A stretch of DNA of 64,000 nucleotides from Minisyncoccota bacterium (GCA_035353995.1 DAOQAL010000001.1:308104-372103); one strand, 5' to 3'. Shown: positions 29,101 through 36,029, counted from the first letter of the stretch. Notes: generated from the letters alone by a model not told the origin. A program made the numbers and translations.

Positions 29101-31718
29101 TATACTTCACTCCATCTACTACAAGGAAGACAATTGCTTTTGCAGAAGATATTTCATCTGGTTATGTTCCTTATACTGGTGCAACCACAAATGTAGTTCT
29201 CGGAGCAAATACTCTTTCAACAACTTCAGGTTTAATTTCTCCAAAACTTTATCCTGCAAGTGATTCAACAACAGCAATACAATTTAACAAAGCAGATGGA
29301 ACAACAAATATTTTAAATATTGATACGACTAATGGGAGAGTTGGAATCGGAACAACTTCTCCAAATCAACAATTAGAAATTACTAAAAACTTTAGACTCC
29401 CTTCTACTACTTATAATAGCGGAAGTCCTTATGGAGTAATCTACAAAGGTACATCAACATTTATTCATGATTTTACCTACGGATTAAATGGGAATGGTAT
29501 AACACCATCAGGCTATAATACTTTCTTAGGTGTTAGTGCTGGTAATTTAACAATGGGTTCAACAGCTGCATATTCTTATCAATCTTCCTATAATACTGGA
29601 ATTGGAACTAGCGCATTATATGCAAATACAACTGGTAGAAGAAATACGGCAGTTGGTTCTAGCTCTTTAACTTACAACAATACAGGTTACCAAAATACAG
29701 CTGTTGGTTACTCTGCTCTCTATGCCAATAATAGTGGTGATACAAATACTGCATTAGGTGCACAGTCTCTTTATTCTAATACCACAGGTGCTAACAATGT
29801 TGGTGTTGGATACTATTCTTTAGGTGGAAATGTTTCAGGTACAAATAATATAGGGATAGGGGGCAGTTCTGGTTATTATATTTCTGATGGTACTACATCT
29901 AATACAGCAGGAACATATTCTATATTTTTAGGACAAAATACAAAAGCTTTAGCTGATTCTCAAACAAACCAAATTGTTATCGGATATAATTCAATAGGTC
30001 TTGGAAGTAATACTGTAACTTTAGGAAATAGTAGTATCATTACAACAGCATTAAGAGGTAATATAGGAATCGGAACAACAAGTCCAGATAGATTATTGCA
30101 TGCTGAAGTTTCTGATGCTGTAACCAATGCAGTAACTTATGCAGGACGTTTGTCTCATATAACTTCTGGAACATCTGCAACAAGTTTTGGAACAGGATTA
30201 GAATTTGAATTAGAAAATGCTTCTGGTACAAATAAAATAGCAAGTACAATTGAATCTGTTTGGGAAACTGCAACAGATGCGTCTGAAGATAGTGCGATTG
30301 TTTTCAAAAATATGATAGGTGGAACTAGTGCAGCAGAAGTTCTTAGAATCAGAAAAGAGGGAACAAGCTCTACTTCTCTTAAAACACTAAGTTCGTTACA
30401 AATTGCGCCTACTGATGATTTTACAATTTATCAAAATTTAGTAACTCCATTTACTTCTGTTGGTTCTGGTGCAGTTGATGATACTTTAGTTCTTAAAGCT
30501 GGAAACGTAGGAATTGGCAACGATGCTCCAGGAGCTTTACTTGATATTGGTTATTCAGGAACTACTGGAGGAGTAATAAGATTAGAAGGAAGCTCAAGAA
30601 ATTATGTTGATATTGCAGCTGCTGCAGATGCTGGAGCTTGGACAATGACATTACCTGCAAGTACAGGAACTACTGGACAGCAACTTACAACAAATGGTTC
30701 TGGTGTAACTTCTTGGCAAGCTGCTGGTTCTTTAAGAAGTATTAAAAATGTTTTTGACGAAGTTACTCCAGAAGAAGGATTAGAACAAGTACTTACAACA
30801 GCAGTTTATCATTTCAAATATAAACCTGGTTTAGGAACTGGTGATAGCGATACTATGTATGTTGGTGTGATGGCTGATGAAGCTCCTTGGGCAATGCATT
30901 ATAATGGAACCATTGTTAACCCAGTAAATACTTTAGGTTATATGATCTTGTCCACAAAAGCTCTTAATGAAAAAATAGTGGCACTTGGTTCAACTGTTGA
31001 TGATATGAATTTGAAATTAAAAAATTTGGAAACTATATTGCCAACAGATTTAATAGAAGATCCTGATACTTTTGGAAATAATTTTGTTGCATTATTTAAT
31101 GATGTAATTATAAAAGTTGAAGACGGTGTTGCATATATGAAAGGAATAGCAACAGATACATTAAAAATAGGTAGTTCAGAAAAAAGAACTGGTATAACTT
31201 TGTATGATGAAGTTACTGGAGATCCATATTGTATTTCTGTTGCAGATGGTAAAAGTAAAACTACTGAAGGTGAATGCGGAACTATAACTCCTGAAGATGT
31301 TATTGCTACTTCTCAAGGTTCAGATTTACCGACAGAAAGTTCAGATTCAACTGATACAACAACTGATACTATTGTAGCAACAATAGATGGAGCAACAGAA
31401 ACAACTACAACAGAAGAATCAACAATAGGTACAGAATCAACAAACATAACAACACAAACAATAGATACATTACTTGCTGAAGCAGATCCACCACAAATAA
31501 CATTAAACGGAGATAGCTCTATAACATTAACAGTTGGTTCTACTTATGAAGAACTTGGTGCACTTGCAACATCTGATATAGATGGAACAGTTGCAGTAAT
31601 CATTGAAGGTTCAGTTGATACAAATACAGTTGGAACTTATATTATTTCTTATAAAGCTTTTGATACAAATGGAAATTCAGCTACTCCTGTAGAAAGAATC
31701 GTAAATGTAACTTTGTAA
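17148..31718 (+). CDS. Giant (4856 aa) modular tail-fibre/adhesin-like surface protein with S74-type intramolecular chaperone and C-terminal Ig-like (DUF5011-like) domain
   Basis: N-terminal hydrophobic segment; many VGIGTTxP motifs; blocks of 14-aa NTTGxxNSAxGxxAL repeats; recurring GTAPLKFTSGTLL module; GSLRSIKN...FKYK...GVMADE plus coiled coil; PQITLNG...YEELGALAT...GSVDT..VGTYIISY. Confidence 0.85.
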   Translation: MSEKHKNKRVLQLIRNILQILKPKLSFHYIAYTTLVALVVFSLVNLVGATTPNPGHSWSEVGDGVFAVTNNQTAIRTYTFPDANATVLTTNALVTVAQGGTGANTLTGILIGNGTSAFTSVALTAGQSIRMNSGGTAYEGFTPGTGNVNSISVATSNGFAGSSSGGSNPILTLSTTISGMLKGNGTAISAATDGSDFLSSSTGWKLNGQALGTKKTLGSTDGYAIGFLTNNSERMTILSGGNIGIGVTSPTAVLHLKAGTATAGTAPLKFASGVLLTTPETGAMEFDGTNLYFTPVDLRKTIAFTEDIASGYVPYTGATADVNLGAFDLTTTDLNVSGIANFTGSVAVNTDPDNNTSGFEYGNGYDPSSSYYYNERFRVNSFMETPHMSLGVASNFLLYSEDFSNAAWVKTSIGSVSANGVNAPNGSTTAENIPAGSASTANIAQTITNSTTGYWSAGVWARTQSGTATIDLQIDNGSAEIGTPKTVTVDTKWRFFGVAQNFSPSSNTTKTFKITSGTTAISLWGARMNQGETINSYRATTSSNSSTPTFGAFFNNTTIYGTLSGSASSAGYATYSNSGIYGGVTLSNTTGNAGKWELLGYVTLTYNSTYDYGHSWDYEVNLKEINNDDSAISQVDYEDITLKLKGNLAEATSTATFNSAVPTFSIDVSGATQLTSSDFAAVVYSTSTSTKVIRYYVKLPAANSHYMIVPINYRGVSYNSTLGISTSYVSWTTSSSTAVITTLPTPPAGQGSVVNGNILYTTYKGNGIFSGLLSGTALKSAKWYPGADSTTAIQINKADGLTNIINIDTTNGRMGIGTTLPTALLNLAAGTASAGTAPLKFTSGTLLTTPEDGSVEFDGTHYYVTVGSTRYQLDQQAPGGGMVYPGSGIAVSTGSAWGTSISGTSSQFVKGDGSLDSNTYLTTSSASSTYVPYTGATSAVDLGVHNLTVDTNTLFVDSTNHRVGIGTTSPTSKLYVSSGGGVNSGIVIKSDGTTGTYASLDYVNKNNVAFQTGLYDSGNAFFYMPSTGNNIGFYTNDLERMTIAKTGNVGIGTTSPTVPLDITGAVNISTGNLDLDNTTNANQYGVITKNGIRFIHNFNYGNNGTVTTEGHNLFIGENAGNFTMGSTANYANYSSSNVGIGYSTLSSNTTGYYNSAVGIYALYSNTTGYSNSAIGTHALMLNTTGYANSTVGNDALYNNTSGYKNSVIGSTALFNNTTGYSNSAMGYEAGRYVTGNVANTTSDYSIYLGANTKALADDDQNEIVIGYDATGAGSNTAVIGSSSLTSVYLGSSTPSARLYTKGITLSAGTATAGTAPLKFTSGTLLGTTEAGTMEFNGTHLYFTVANSGTRYQLDQQAPGGGMVYPGAGIPISTGSAWGTSISGTSSQFVKGDGSLDSNTYLTTSSASSTYVPYTGATSAVDLGVHNLTVDTNTLFVDSTNHFVGIGTTTPSVKLNVLGVTALQSGDADGALRIGADVLATTLSSNVRKLGRVTAPSYSNTYYYSLFSADSDTGGDGIEFGGRAGALNSSPTYISFATTPTAGSSAGNAERMRIIGNGNIGIGIASPTARLHLPAGTATAGTAPLKFTSGTLLGTTEAGTMEFNGTHLYFTVANSGTRYQLDQQAPGGGMVYPGAGIPISTGSAWGTSISGTSSQFVKGDGSLDSNTYLTSASLSGYVPYTGATTNVVLGANTLSTTSGLISPKLYPASDSTTAIQFNKADGTTNILNIDTTNSRVGIGTTSPSVKLEVAGQGKFISTTFPVLDIVRDTTTTAGGVYGGAKLERIMTGGTSVNGTGIGFYFKNPDSAGNSTFSGIFGSALSSVTDGSEVGDVIVSAAWQGGDPYLNQHLVVRATGATTGNVLVPNGNVGIGTTSPNQQLEITQNFRLPSTTYNSGNPYGIIYKGTNPFIHDFNYGNNGTVTTEGHNLFIGESAGNFTMGSTATLLSQSSNNIGIGYNSLSVNTTGYGNTAISNYSLESNTTGTQNSAIGYKSLSSNTTGSVNSAFGPYSLSGNTTGSNNSAFGSYSLSGNTTGILNVAFGQNALSGNTTGNYNSALGYNAGSFIADGSTSNTFGSNSLFLGSYSRALANNQTNQIVIGYNAIGNGSNTATIGNSSILRTYLRGVNLAAGTASAGTAPLKFTSGTLLGTPETGAMEFDGSHYYITIGSTRYQLDQQAPGGGMVYPGAGIPVSTGSAWDTSKTAPTGDIVGTTDTQDLTNKTYNGLSLLGNNTDFNSFVGYNTGLNIPSGAQWNSFFGYEAGKGSASTSYNYSNTGIGYQSLYSITVGSNNSALGNKSLYYNTSGWSNTAVGDSSLSSNTEGYLNVALGVDSLSSNITGYDNSAIGSSSMYSNTTGYYNIAIGGGSMYYNTTGNYNSATGYSSLSNNTTGNINSALGYVAGYFIADNSTPNTTSDYSLYLGAYTKALADNDQNEIVIGYDTTGNGSNTATIGNSSILRTYLRGVNLAGGTATAGTAPLKFTSGTLLGTTEGGAMEFDGSHLYFTIADSGTRYQLDQQGGMVYPGAGIAISTGSAWGTSISGTSSQFVKGDGSLDSNTYLTTSSASSTYVPYTGATTDVNLGTHTLASGSIDIATGNLDLDNTTYANQYGLITKNGTRFIHNFSYGLNGNNVTPEGRNLFIGEGAGNFTMGSDATYYSYSSNNIGVGYSTLSFNTTGYGNFAVGSYALYYNTTGYGNSAIGKSALFSNTEGFFNSALGDSALKSNTTGYRNISMGSYALNSNTTGSHNSALGYNTGRYIANGSTGNTTSDYSVYLGAMTKALADDDQNEIVIGYNATGAGSNTAVIGNSSVTSVYLGSSTAGARLYTNGVTLSAGTATAGTAPLKFTSGTLLGTTEGGAMEFDGSHLYFTIADSGTRYQLDQQGGMVYPGSGIAISTGSAWGTSISGTSSQFVKGDGSLDSNTYLTSASLSGYVPYTGATTNVVLGANTLSTTSGLISPKLYPASDSTTAIQFNKADGTTNILNIDTTNGRVGMGTTSPSSMLHIYDTTASGTFADGLYLQAGNDANAIRVRLKNTNSDFFINAYGTGAIGALANSIGFFASGSSTNDFIIGHTGTTSGNDIRFFTNNDYSDANELVITQGGLVGMGTSTPTGKLNIINTSEQLRIGYSSSVYYSTTIDSTGTVIFDSTGGASSRFSFADNLGIGTTSPSNILSLGGTTARTIWMERNTTAGTAGQALTLFSGGAYSGGTNLNGGDLYLKSGISTGTGSSSMHFLTATAGSSGTADNTPTEKMTILANGKVGIGNTNPSSKLTVTDVNSIFFVPNQGATGEIPAGTAMSTSSNFTFLGDGTGGVGNGVMVAYYNQTQWLSAVQTANVSSGYGNLLLMKSGGSVGVGTSAPTARLHLGAGSATAGTAPLKFTSGTLLTTAEAGAMEFDGTHYYVTVGSTRYQLDQQAPGGGMVYPGAGIPISTGSAWGTSISGTSSQFVKGDGSLDSNTYLTTSSASSTYVPYTGATTNVVLGANTLSTTSGLISPKLYPASDSTTAIQFNKADGTTNILNIDTTNGRVGIGTTSPTKKLEVSGNLGAGGIFNVNSSTPADFVGLETSSGRSAIVFNNSNSRMYYDSSANTFNMFPVVGTYDDPSSWNYSTMSYALTSQTLYLNGAGGVEIGQGGLISTKIVDTTTDYQNYTGSTFSMWKRLGNNTVNTLNGLNLNYGGYWSAAGTITDSAGIYSAFAAADSSAANFTNVYGIKTSFTNVGTGTITNQYGIYIPSDSVATNVYGISSNIASGTNKWNMYVAGTANNYFAGNVGIGTTTPQAALNVIGDVMLGYNSTGQKIYPYYYSATNYNAISSDSSGAMTFITGVTSPSERMRIDNSGYVGIGNASPATTLDITGAGGSPSGTPSFPVRVVSGTNTNPGMIFERSDASKFVNLWTGSGAAILGFTDTASRMAIGTYTYADRYSTGFPTKEILSLLPSGNVGVGVTNPTAKLHLKASDGTAGSASLKITDGTLLSTPEAGAIEFVGTSLYFTPSTTRKTIAFAEDISSGYVPYTGATTNVVLGANTLSTTSGLISPKLYPASDSTTAIQFNKADGTTNILNIDTTNGRVGIGTTSPNQQLEITKNFRLPSTTYNSGSPYGVIYKGTSTFIHDFTYGLNGNGITPSGYNTFLGVSAGNLTMGSTAAYSYQSSYNTGIGTSALYANTTGRRNTAVGSSSLTYNNTGYQNTAVGYSALYANNSGDTNTALGAQSLYSNTTGANNVGVGYYSLGGNVSGTNNIGIGGSSGYYISDGTTSNTAGTYSIFLGQNTKALADSQTNQIVIGYNSIGLGSNTVTLGNSSIITTALRGNIGIGTTSPDRLLHAEVSDAVTNAVTYAGRLSHITSGTSATSFGTGLEFELENASGTNKIASTIESVWETATDASEDSAIVFKNMIGGTSAAEVLRIRKEGTSSTSLKTLSSLQIAPTDDFTIYQNLVTPFTSVGSGAVDDTLVLKAGNVGIGNDAPGALLDIGYSGTTGGVIRLEGSSRNYVDIAAAADAGAWTMTLPASTGTTGQQLTTNGSGVTSWQAAGSLRSIKNVFDEVTPEEGLEQVLTTAVYHFKYKPGLGTGDSDTMYVGVMADEAPWAMHYNGTIVNPVNTLGYMILSTKALNEKIVALGSTVDDMNLKLKNLETILPTDLIEDPDTFGNNFVALFNDVIIKVEDGVAYMKGIATDTLKIGSSEKRTGITLYDEVTGDPYCISVADGKSKTTEGECGTITPEDVIATSQGSDLPTESSDSTDTTTDTIVATIDGATETTTTEESTIGTESTNITTQTIDTLLAEADPPQITLNGDSSITLTVGSTYEELGALATSDIDGTVAVIIEGSVDTNTVGTYIISYKAFDTNGNSATPVERIVNVTL
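19630..29340 (+). repeat. Dispersed near-identical coding repeats within the giant gene
   Basis: ~150-nt block around GGAGCAAATACTCTTTC at 22212, 25971, 27579, 29202; ~145-nt block at 21105 and 21906; ~210-nt block at ~19820 and ~21260. Confidence 0.9.
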
Positions 31719-31729
31719 AACAGAATTAA

Positions 31730-32719
31730 ATGAAAATAAAAAAAATAAAAAATTATTTTTATATTGTATTAGTTGTAATTTTTGTTTTATTTTTTGCAAA
31801 ATCTGTTTACGCTACATTAACATGCAGTGTTAAAACTGCTGGGGCTTGTTCTGATATCGTTATGTTTAGAATGTCTGGATCATCAAATGCACATGCAGAA
31901 CTTCCAGGTCAAACAACTTCTGTTTATGACAATAATGTTGTTTGCTGTAGCGGTGTTACAGGTTTGGGAAATTCTTGTTCTGGAAATTATAAAGTTTTAA
32001 TGAGAATGTCTGGAGTTACAAATGCTCACGTTGAAGAAAATACACAAACAAATGTAAATTATACGCAGAATGCTTGTATATCAAGTATTTTTGGAGACAC
32101 TATTACTGTAGGATATCAAGCAAGTAATTGTAATGGTTATGATACAACAATTGCTTCTATGGAAAGATCTCCAACAAATTCTCAAATAGGGAATACAAGT
32201 GCTTACAATAATAAAATTTGTGCTGATATTTTTTCTCAATCAATAACATTTAATGTTTCTGATTCTTCAATCGGTTTTGGCTCTCTTACTCCAACAGGAA
32301 TTCGTTATGCAACAGGTGATGGAATTGGTAGCGATTCAGAAACAGAATCTTACAATGTCAGTGCAAGTACAAATGCTCCATATGGATATTTAATTTATTT
32401 GCAAGGTGATTCACTTTCAAATGGTATAAGTACAATTGATCCGATGGGTGGAACAAATATTCCACCAGCTTCAGGATCAGAAGGTTTCGGAATGAGAGCA
32501 GTTGCATCAGGTGGAACAGGAACAGTTGTGTCCCCATATGATGGATCAGGTTTTGCTTATGATGCATCTAGTACAAGTTCAACTGTAGTTGCAGAAGAAA
32601 CAACAGGAGATGACATTACAACAACTTATTCAATACGTACTGTAGCAACAATAGATTCATTACTTGATCCAGGAAACTATACTACAAATCTTACTTATGT
32701 TATTGTTGCAGGTTTTTAA
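31730..32719 (+). CDS. Secreted protein: Cys-rich NAHxE-repeat N-domain plus WxL/pilin-like C-domain
   Basis: Signal peptide; RMSGxxNAHxE twice; ends PGNYTTNLTYVIVAGF; C-half similar to the next two genes. Confidence 0.7.
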   Translation: MKIKKIKNYFYIVLVVIFVLFFAKSVYATLTCSVKTAGACSDIVMFRMSGSSNAHAELPGQTTSVYDNNVVCCSGVTGLGNSCSGNYKVLMRMSGVTNAHVEENTQTNVNYTQNACISSIFGDTITVGYQASNCNGYDTTIASMERSPTNSQIGNTSAYNNKICADIFSQSITFNVSDSSIGFGSLTPTGIRYATGDGIGSDSETESYNVSASTNAPYGYLIYLQGDSLSNGISTIDPMGGTNIPPASGSEGFGMRAVASGGTGTVVSPYDGSGFAYDASSTSSTVVAEETTGDDITTTYSIRTVATIDSLLDPGNYTTNLTYVIVAGF

Positions 32720-32843
32720 TATTAAAATTATATTTTAACGAAAAGTTATCAACATGTAATCCACTTAGCGATTTCTTTTTAAAAAAGATATGTTACAATT
32801 TATATTGTATAAAAGTTAATAGTTTATTATTAAAATATTTTTT

Positions 32844-33899
32844 ATGTTGAAATTTAATAAGTCTAATTTGTTTAAAGTAATAGGAGTTTTTGTTTTGGTA
32901 GTATTCTCTTTTGTTTACATACAATTTGCAACTGCTTCCGCTCTTACTTCTCTAAAAGATACTCTTACTTCAGAAAAAGCATCTACCGTTGCAAATCATA
33001 CAATTGTATTTACAACACCAACTGGTGTTGCTGCTAGTCAGACTATAATTTTAACTTTTGATAATGGTACAACTTTCACTTCTGGTTTAGATTTTACTGA
33101 TATAGATTTGGCAGACGATGGAACAGAAGTGACTCTTGCTGCTACAGCAACTGGTACAACTTGGGGAGTTTCTGCAGCTAGTCCAGTTATAACTTTTACA
33201 AATGGTAGTACTGTTGTTGCTGCTGGAAGTGTAATAACAATTAAAATTGGTACTAATGCATCGAGTGGAGGTACTGGTGATAAGCAAATAATAAACGGTG
33301 CATCAGGAACCACTAAACTAGTTATCACGGGAACATTTACAGATACTGGAACTATTGCTATTCCAATAATTGCAGATGACACTGTTGTAGTTAATGCAGT
33401 TGTTCAACCAATTATTTCATTTACACTTTCTGATAATACTATTTATTTTGGAAACTTGAGTTCATCTGTGAATTGTTTTGCTCAAGGTACAGATCCTGGA
33501 AACGTTACATGCCCTATAACTTCAGAGGCAGAAGCATTTAAGATTACAGCAGGAACAAATGCTACATCTGGTTATGTGATAACTGTACAAGGTGGAACAC
33601 TTACATCTGGATTAAATACTATTACTCCACTTGCTTCAAACACTCCATCTGCACCTACTACAGAACAATTTGGTATTAGATTTAATGCTTCTGGTGGTTC
33701 AGGAACAGTGACTGCACCTTACGCAGCATCTGGATATGCTTTTACAGCAACAACTTCATCTGCAGTTCAAATTGCTTCTTCTTCAGCAGTTTCTGACACA
33801 ACTACTTATTCAGCTAGATACCTTGCAAACATCTCTACTTCAACAGAAGCAGGAATTTATACAGCTAGTCATACATATGTAGCGACTGCGACATTTTAA
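32844..33899 (+). CDS. Secreted Thr/Ser-rich WxL/pilin-like protein, paralog 1
   Basis: Signal peptide (ATASA), two beta-rich domains, one Cys pair, ends AGIYTASHTYVATATF. Confidence 0.75.
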   Translation: MLKFNKSNLFKVIGVFVLVVFSFVYIQFATASALTSLKDTLTSEKASTVANHTIVFTTPTGVAASQTIILTFDNGTTFTSGLDFTDIDLADDGTEVTLAATATGTTWGVSAASPVITFTNGSTVVAAGSVITIKIGTNASSGGTGDKQIINGASGTTKLVITGTFTDTGTIAIPIIADDTVVVNAVVQPIISFTLSDNTIYFGNLSSSVNCFAQGTDPGNVTCPITSEAEAFKITAGTNATSGYVITVQGGTLTSGLNTITPLASNTPSAPTTEQFGIRFNASGGSGTVTAPYAASGYAFTATTSSAVQIASSSAVSDTTTYSARYLANISTSTEAGIYTASHTYVATATF

Positions 33900-33918
33900 T
33901 AAATAATTAATTATAACA

Positions 33919-34977
33919 ATGCAAAAAGTTTCTAAATCAGTTTTATTTAAAATAACGAGCATATTTGTTTTAATAGTATTCTCTTTTGTTTACATACAAT
34001 TTGCAACTGCTTCCGCTCTTACTTCTCTAAAAGATACTCTTACTTCAGAAAAAGCATCTACCGTTGCAAATCATACAATTGCATTTACAACACCAACTGG
34101 TGTTGCTGCTAGTCAGACTATAATTTTAACTTTTGACAACAGTACAAGTATTCCTGCTGGTTTAGATTATACTGATATAGACTTAACAGACGATGCAGTA
34201 GACTTAACACTTGCTGGTAGTGCATCTGGTGCAACTTGGGGAGTTGTGCGTACTTCTGCTTTAGTCATAACTTTTACAAATGGAACAACAGCTGTTGCTG
34301 CTGGAAGTGTAATAACAATTGAAATTGGTACTAATGCAACATTTGGTGTAGCTGGAGATCAACAAATTACAAATGGTGTAGCAGGAACCACTAAACTAGT
34401 TATCACGGGAACATTTACAGATACTGGAACTATTGCTATTCCAATAATTGCAGATGACACTGTTGTAGTTAATGCAGTTGTTCAACCAATTATTTCATTT
34501 ACACTTTCTGATAACACTATTTATTTTGGAAACTTGAGTTCATCTTTGACCTGTTTTGCTCAAGGCACAGATCCTCTAAACACAACATGTCCTGTAACTA
34601 CAGAGACAGAAGCATTTAATATGACAGCAGGAACAAATGCTACATCTGGTTATGTGATAACTATAAAAGGAGGCACTCTAACATCTGGAGGGAATACTAT
34701 TACTGCACCAGCTGTAAATACTGTGCCTACAGTAGGGCAAGAGCAATTTGGTGTTAGATTTACTTCATCTGGTGGTACGGGAACAGTAACTGCACCTTAT
34801 GCAGCTGCAGGATATGCGCTTTCTTCAACTTCTACAACAACAGCACAAATTGCTTCAGCACCAGGAGTTTCTGCAACAACTACTTATTCAGCCAGATATC
34901 TTGCAACAATAGGTACTTCAACAGAAGCAGGAATTTATACAACTAGCCATACATATGTCGCAACTTCAACATTTTAA
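33919..34977 (+). CDS. Secreted Thr/Ser-rich WxL/pilin-like protein, paralog 2
   Basis: Tandem duplicate of 32844; ends AGIYTTSHTYVATSTF. Confidence 0.75.
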   Translation: MQKVSKSVLFKITSIFVLIVFSFVYIQFATASALTSLKDTLTSEKASTVANHTIAFTTPTGVAASQTIILTFDNSTSIPAGLDYTDIDLTDDAVDLTLAGSASGATWGVVRTSALVITFTNGTTAVAAGSVITIEIGTNATFGVAGDQQITNGVAGTTKLVITGTFTDTGTIAIPIIADDTVVVNAVVQPIISFTLSDNTIYFGNLSSSLTCFAQGTDPLNTTCPVTTETEAFNMTAGTNATSGYVITIKGGTLTSGGNTITAPAVNTVPTVGQEQFGVRFTSSGGTGTVTAPYAAAGYALSSTSTTTAQIASAPGVSATTTYSARYLATIGTSTEAGIYTTSHTYVATSTF

Positions 34978-34997
34978 TTATTATTTATTTTAATTTT

Positions 34998-36029
34998 ATG
35001 AATTTTCCAAAAATAAAAAATATAATTGTTCTTGTAGTAATATTCTTTGGCGTGATTGTTGTTGCGAAACCGTTTACAGCTGAAGCTCTTACTGTTTCTC
35101 CTGTAAGAGTCGAAATAAGCGGAAACCCTGGTCAGGTCTTAGAAGAAAAAATGACTTTAATAAATGATACTAAAAATTCTCAAACTTTTTATTCTTCTTT
35201 TTTAAACTTCGAAGCGGAAGGTGAAACAGGTAATCCTGCTTTTGTTGAATCAAGTTCTGATTTAGATAAATGGATGAGTACAGAAAATTCAATAACAATA
35301 GAACCTGGTAAAAGTGTTATAGCTACAATAAAAATTGCTATTCCACAAAATGCAGAACCTGGAGGACATTTTGCTGCTGTATTCTGGGGAACATTTCCTA
35401 ATAATCCTGAGAATCCTGCTGTTTCTATCGGAGCAAAAGTTGGTATGCTAATTCTTTTGTCTGTAAATGGTGATGTGGAAGAAGGTGGAGGATTGTTGCA
35501 ATTTTCTACAATTGGTAATAAGTTTTGGTACAACACTTTGCCAGTTTCTTTTATGTACCGTTTTAAAAATGATGGAGGTGATCGTATAAAACCTACTGGA
35601 AAAACTATAATTAGAAATACTTTTTTTATTCCTACAGATAAAATTGATGCAAACATTTCAAAAGGTAATATATTGCCAAACAGTATTCGTAAATTTGAGT
35701 TTGATTGGATAAAAAGTCCACGAGCAAAAGATTTTATTGCTCCAGAAAAAGTACTTTCAAGATTTTTTGATACTGCGCTTTATCAATTTAAAAATTTTGC
35801 AGTAGGTTTATATTCAGCAAAACTTGATCTTACATATGGAATTCAAAACCTTAACACAACCAAGACGGTTTATTTCTTTGTATTTCCATGGCAGATGCTT
35901 CTATGTTTAGCTGTCATACTTTCAATCGTACTTTTTGTAGGATCTAAACTGGTTAAACGATACAACAGATATATTATACAGAAAGCACGTGTTGGAATGA
36001 CTCCACCAAACGATGCTAATCATGTATAA
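34998..36029 (+). CDS. DUF916/DUF3324 (CscA / WxL-interacting)-like or PapD-like membrane-anchored protein
   Basis: ALTVSPVRVE...PG, IxIPxNAEPGGHFAAV, NDGGDRIKPTG, ILPNSIR, C-terminal TM; follows the WxL-like genes. Confidence 0.65.
   Translation: MNFPKIKNIIVLVVIFFGVIVVAKPFTAEALTVSPVRVEISGNPGQVLEEKMTLINDTKNSQTFYSSFLNFEAEGETGNPAFVESSSDLDKWMSTENSITIEPGKSVIATIKIAIPQNAEPGGHFAAVFWGTFPNNPENPAVSIGAKVGMLILLSVNGDVEEGGGLLQFSTIGNKFWYNTLPVSFMYRFKNDGGDRIKPTGKTIIRNTFFIPTDKIDANISKGNILPNSIRKFEFDWIKSPRAKDFIAPEKVLSRFFDTALYQFKNFAVGLYSAKLDLTYGIQNLNTTKTVYFFVFPWQMLLCLAVILSIVLFVGSKLVKRYNRYIIQKARVGMTPPNDANHV

Noticed and set aside
17148-31718. CRISPR array or prophage suggested by many repeats and tail-fibre motifs
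   Set aside because: The repeats are long, in frame and irregularly spaced inside one ORF; no cas, capsid, terminase or integrase genes are present, and the protein has an export signal
17148-34977. Diversity-generating retroelement acting on the surface proteins
   Set aside because: No reverse transcriptase in the window, and the repeat mismatches I inspected are not adenine-specific
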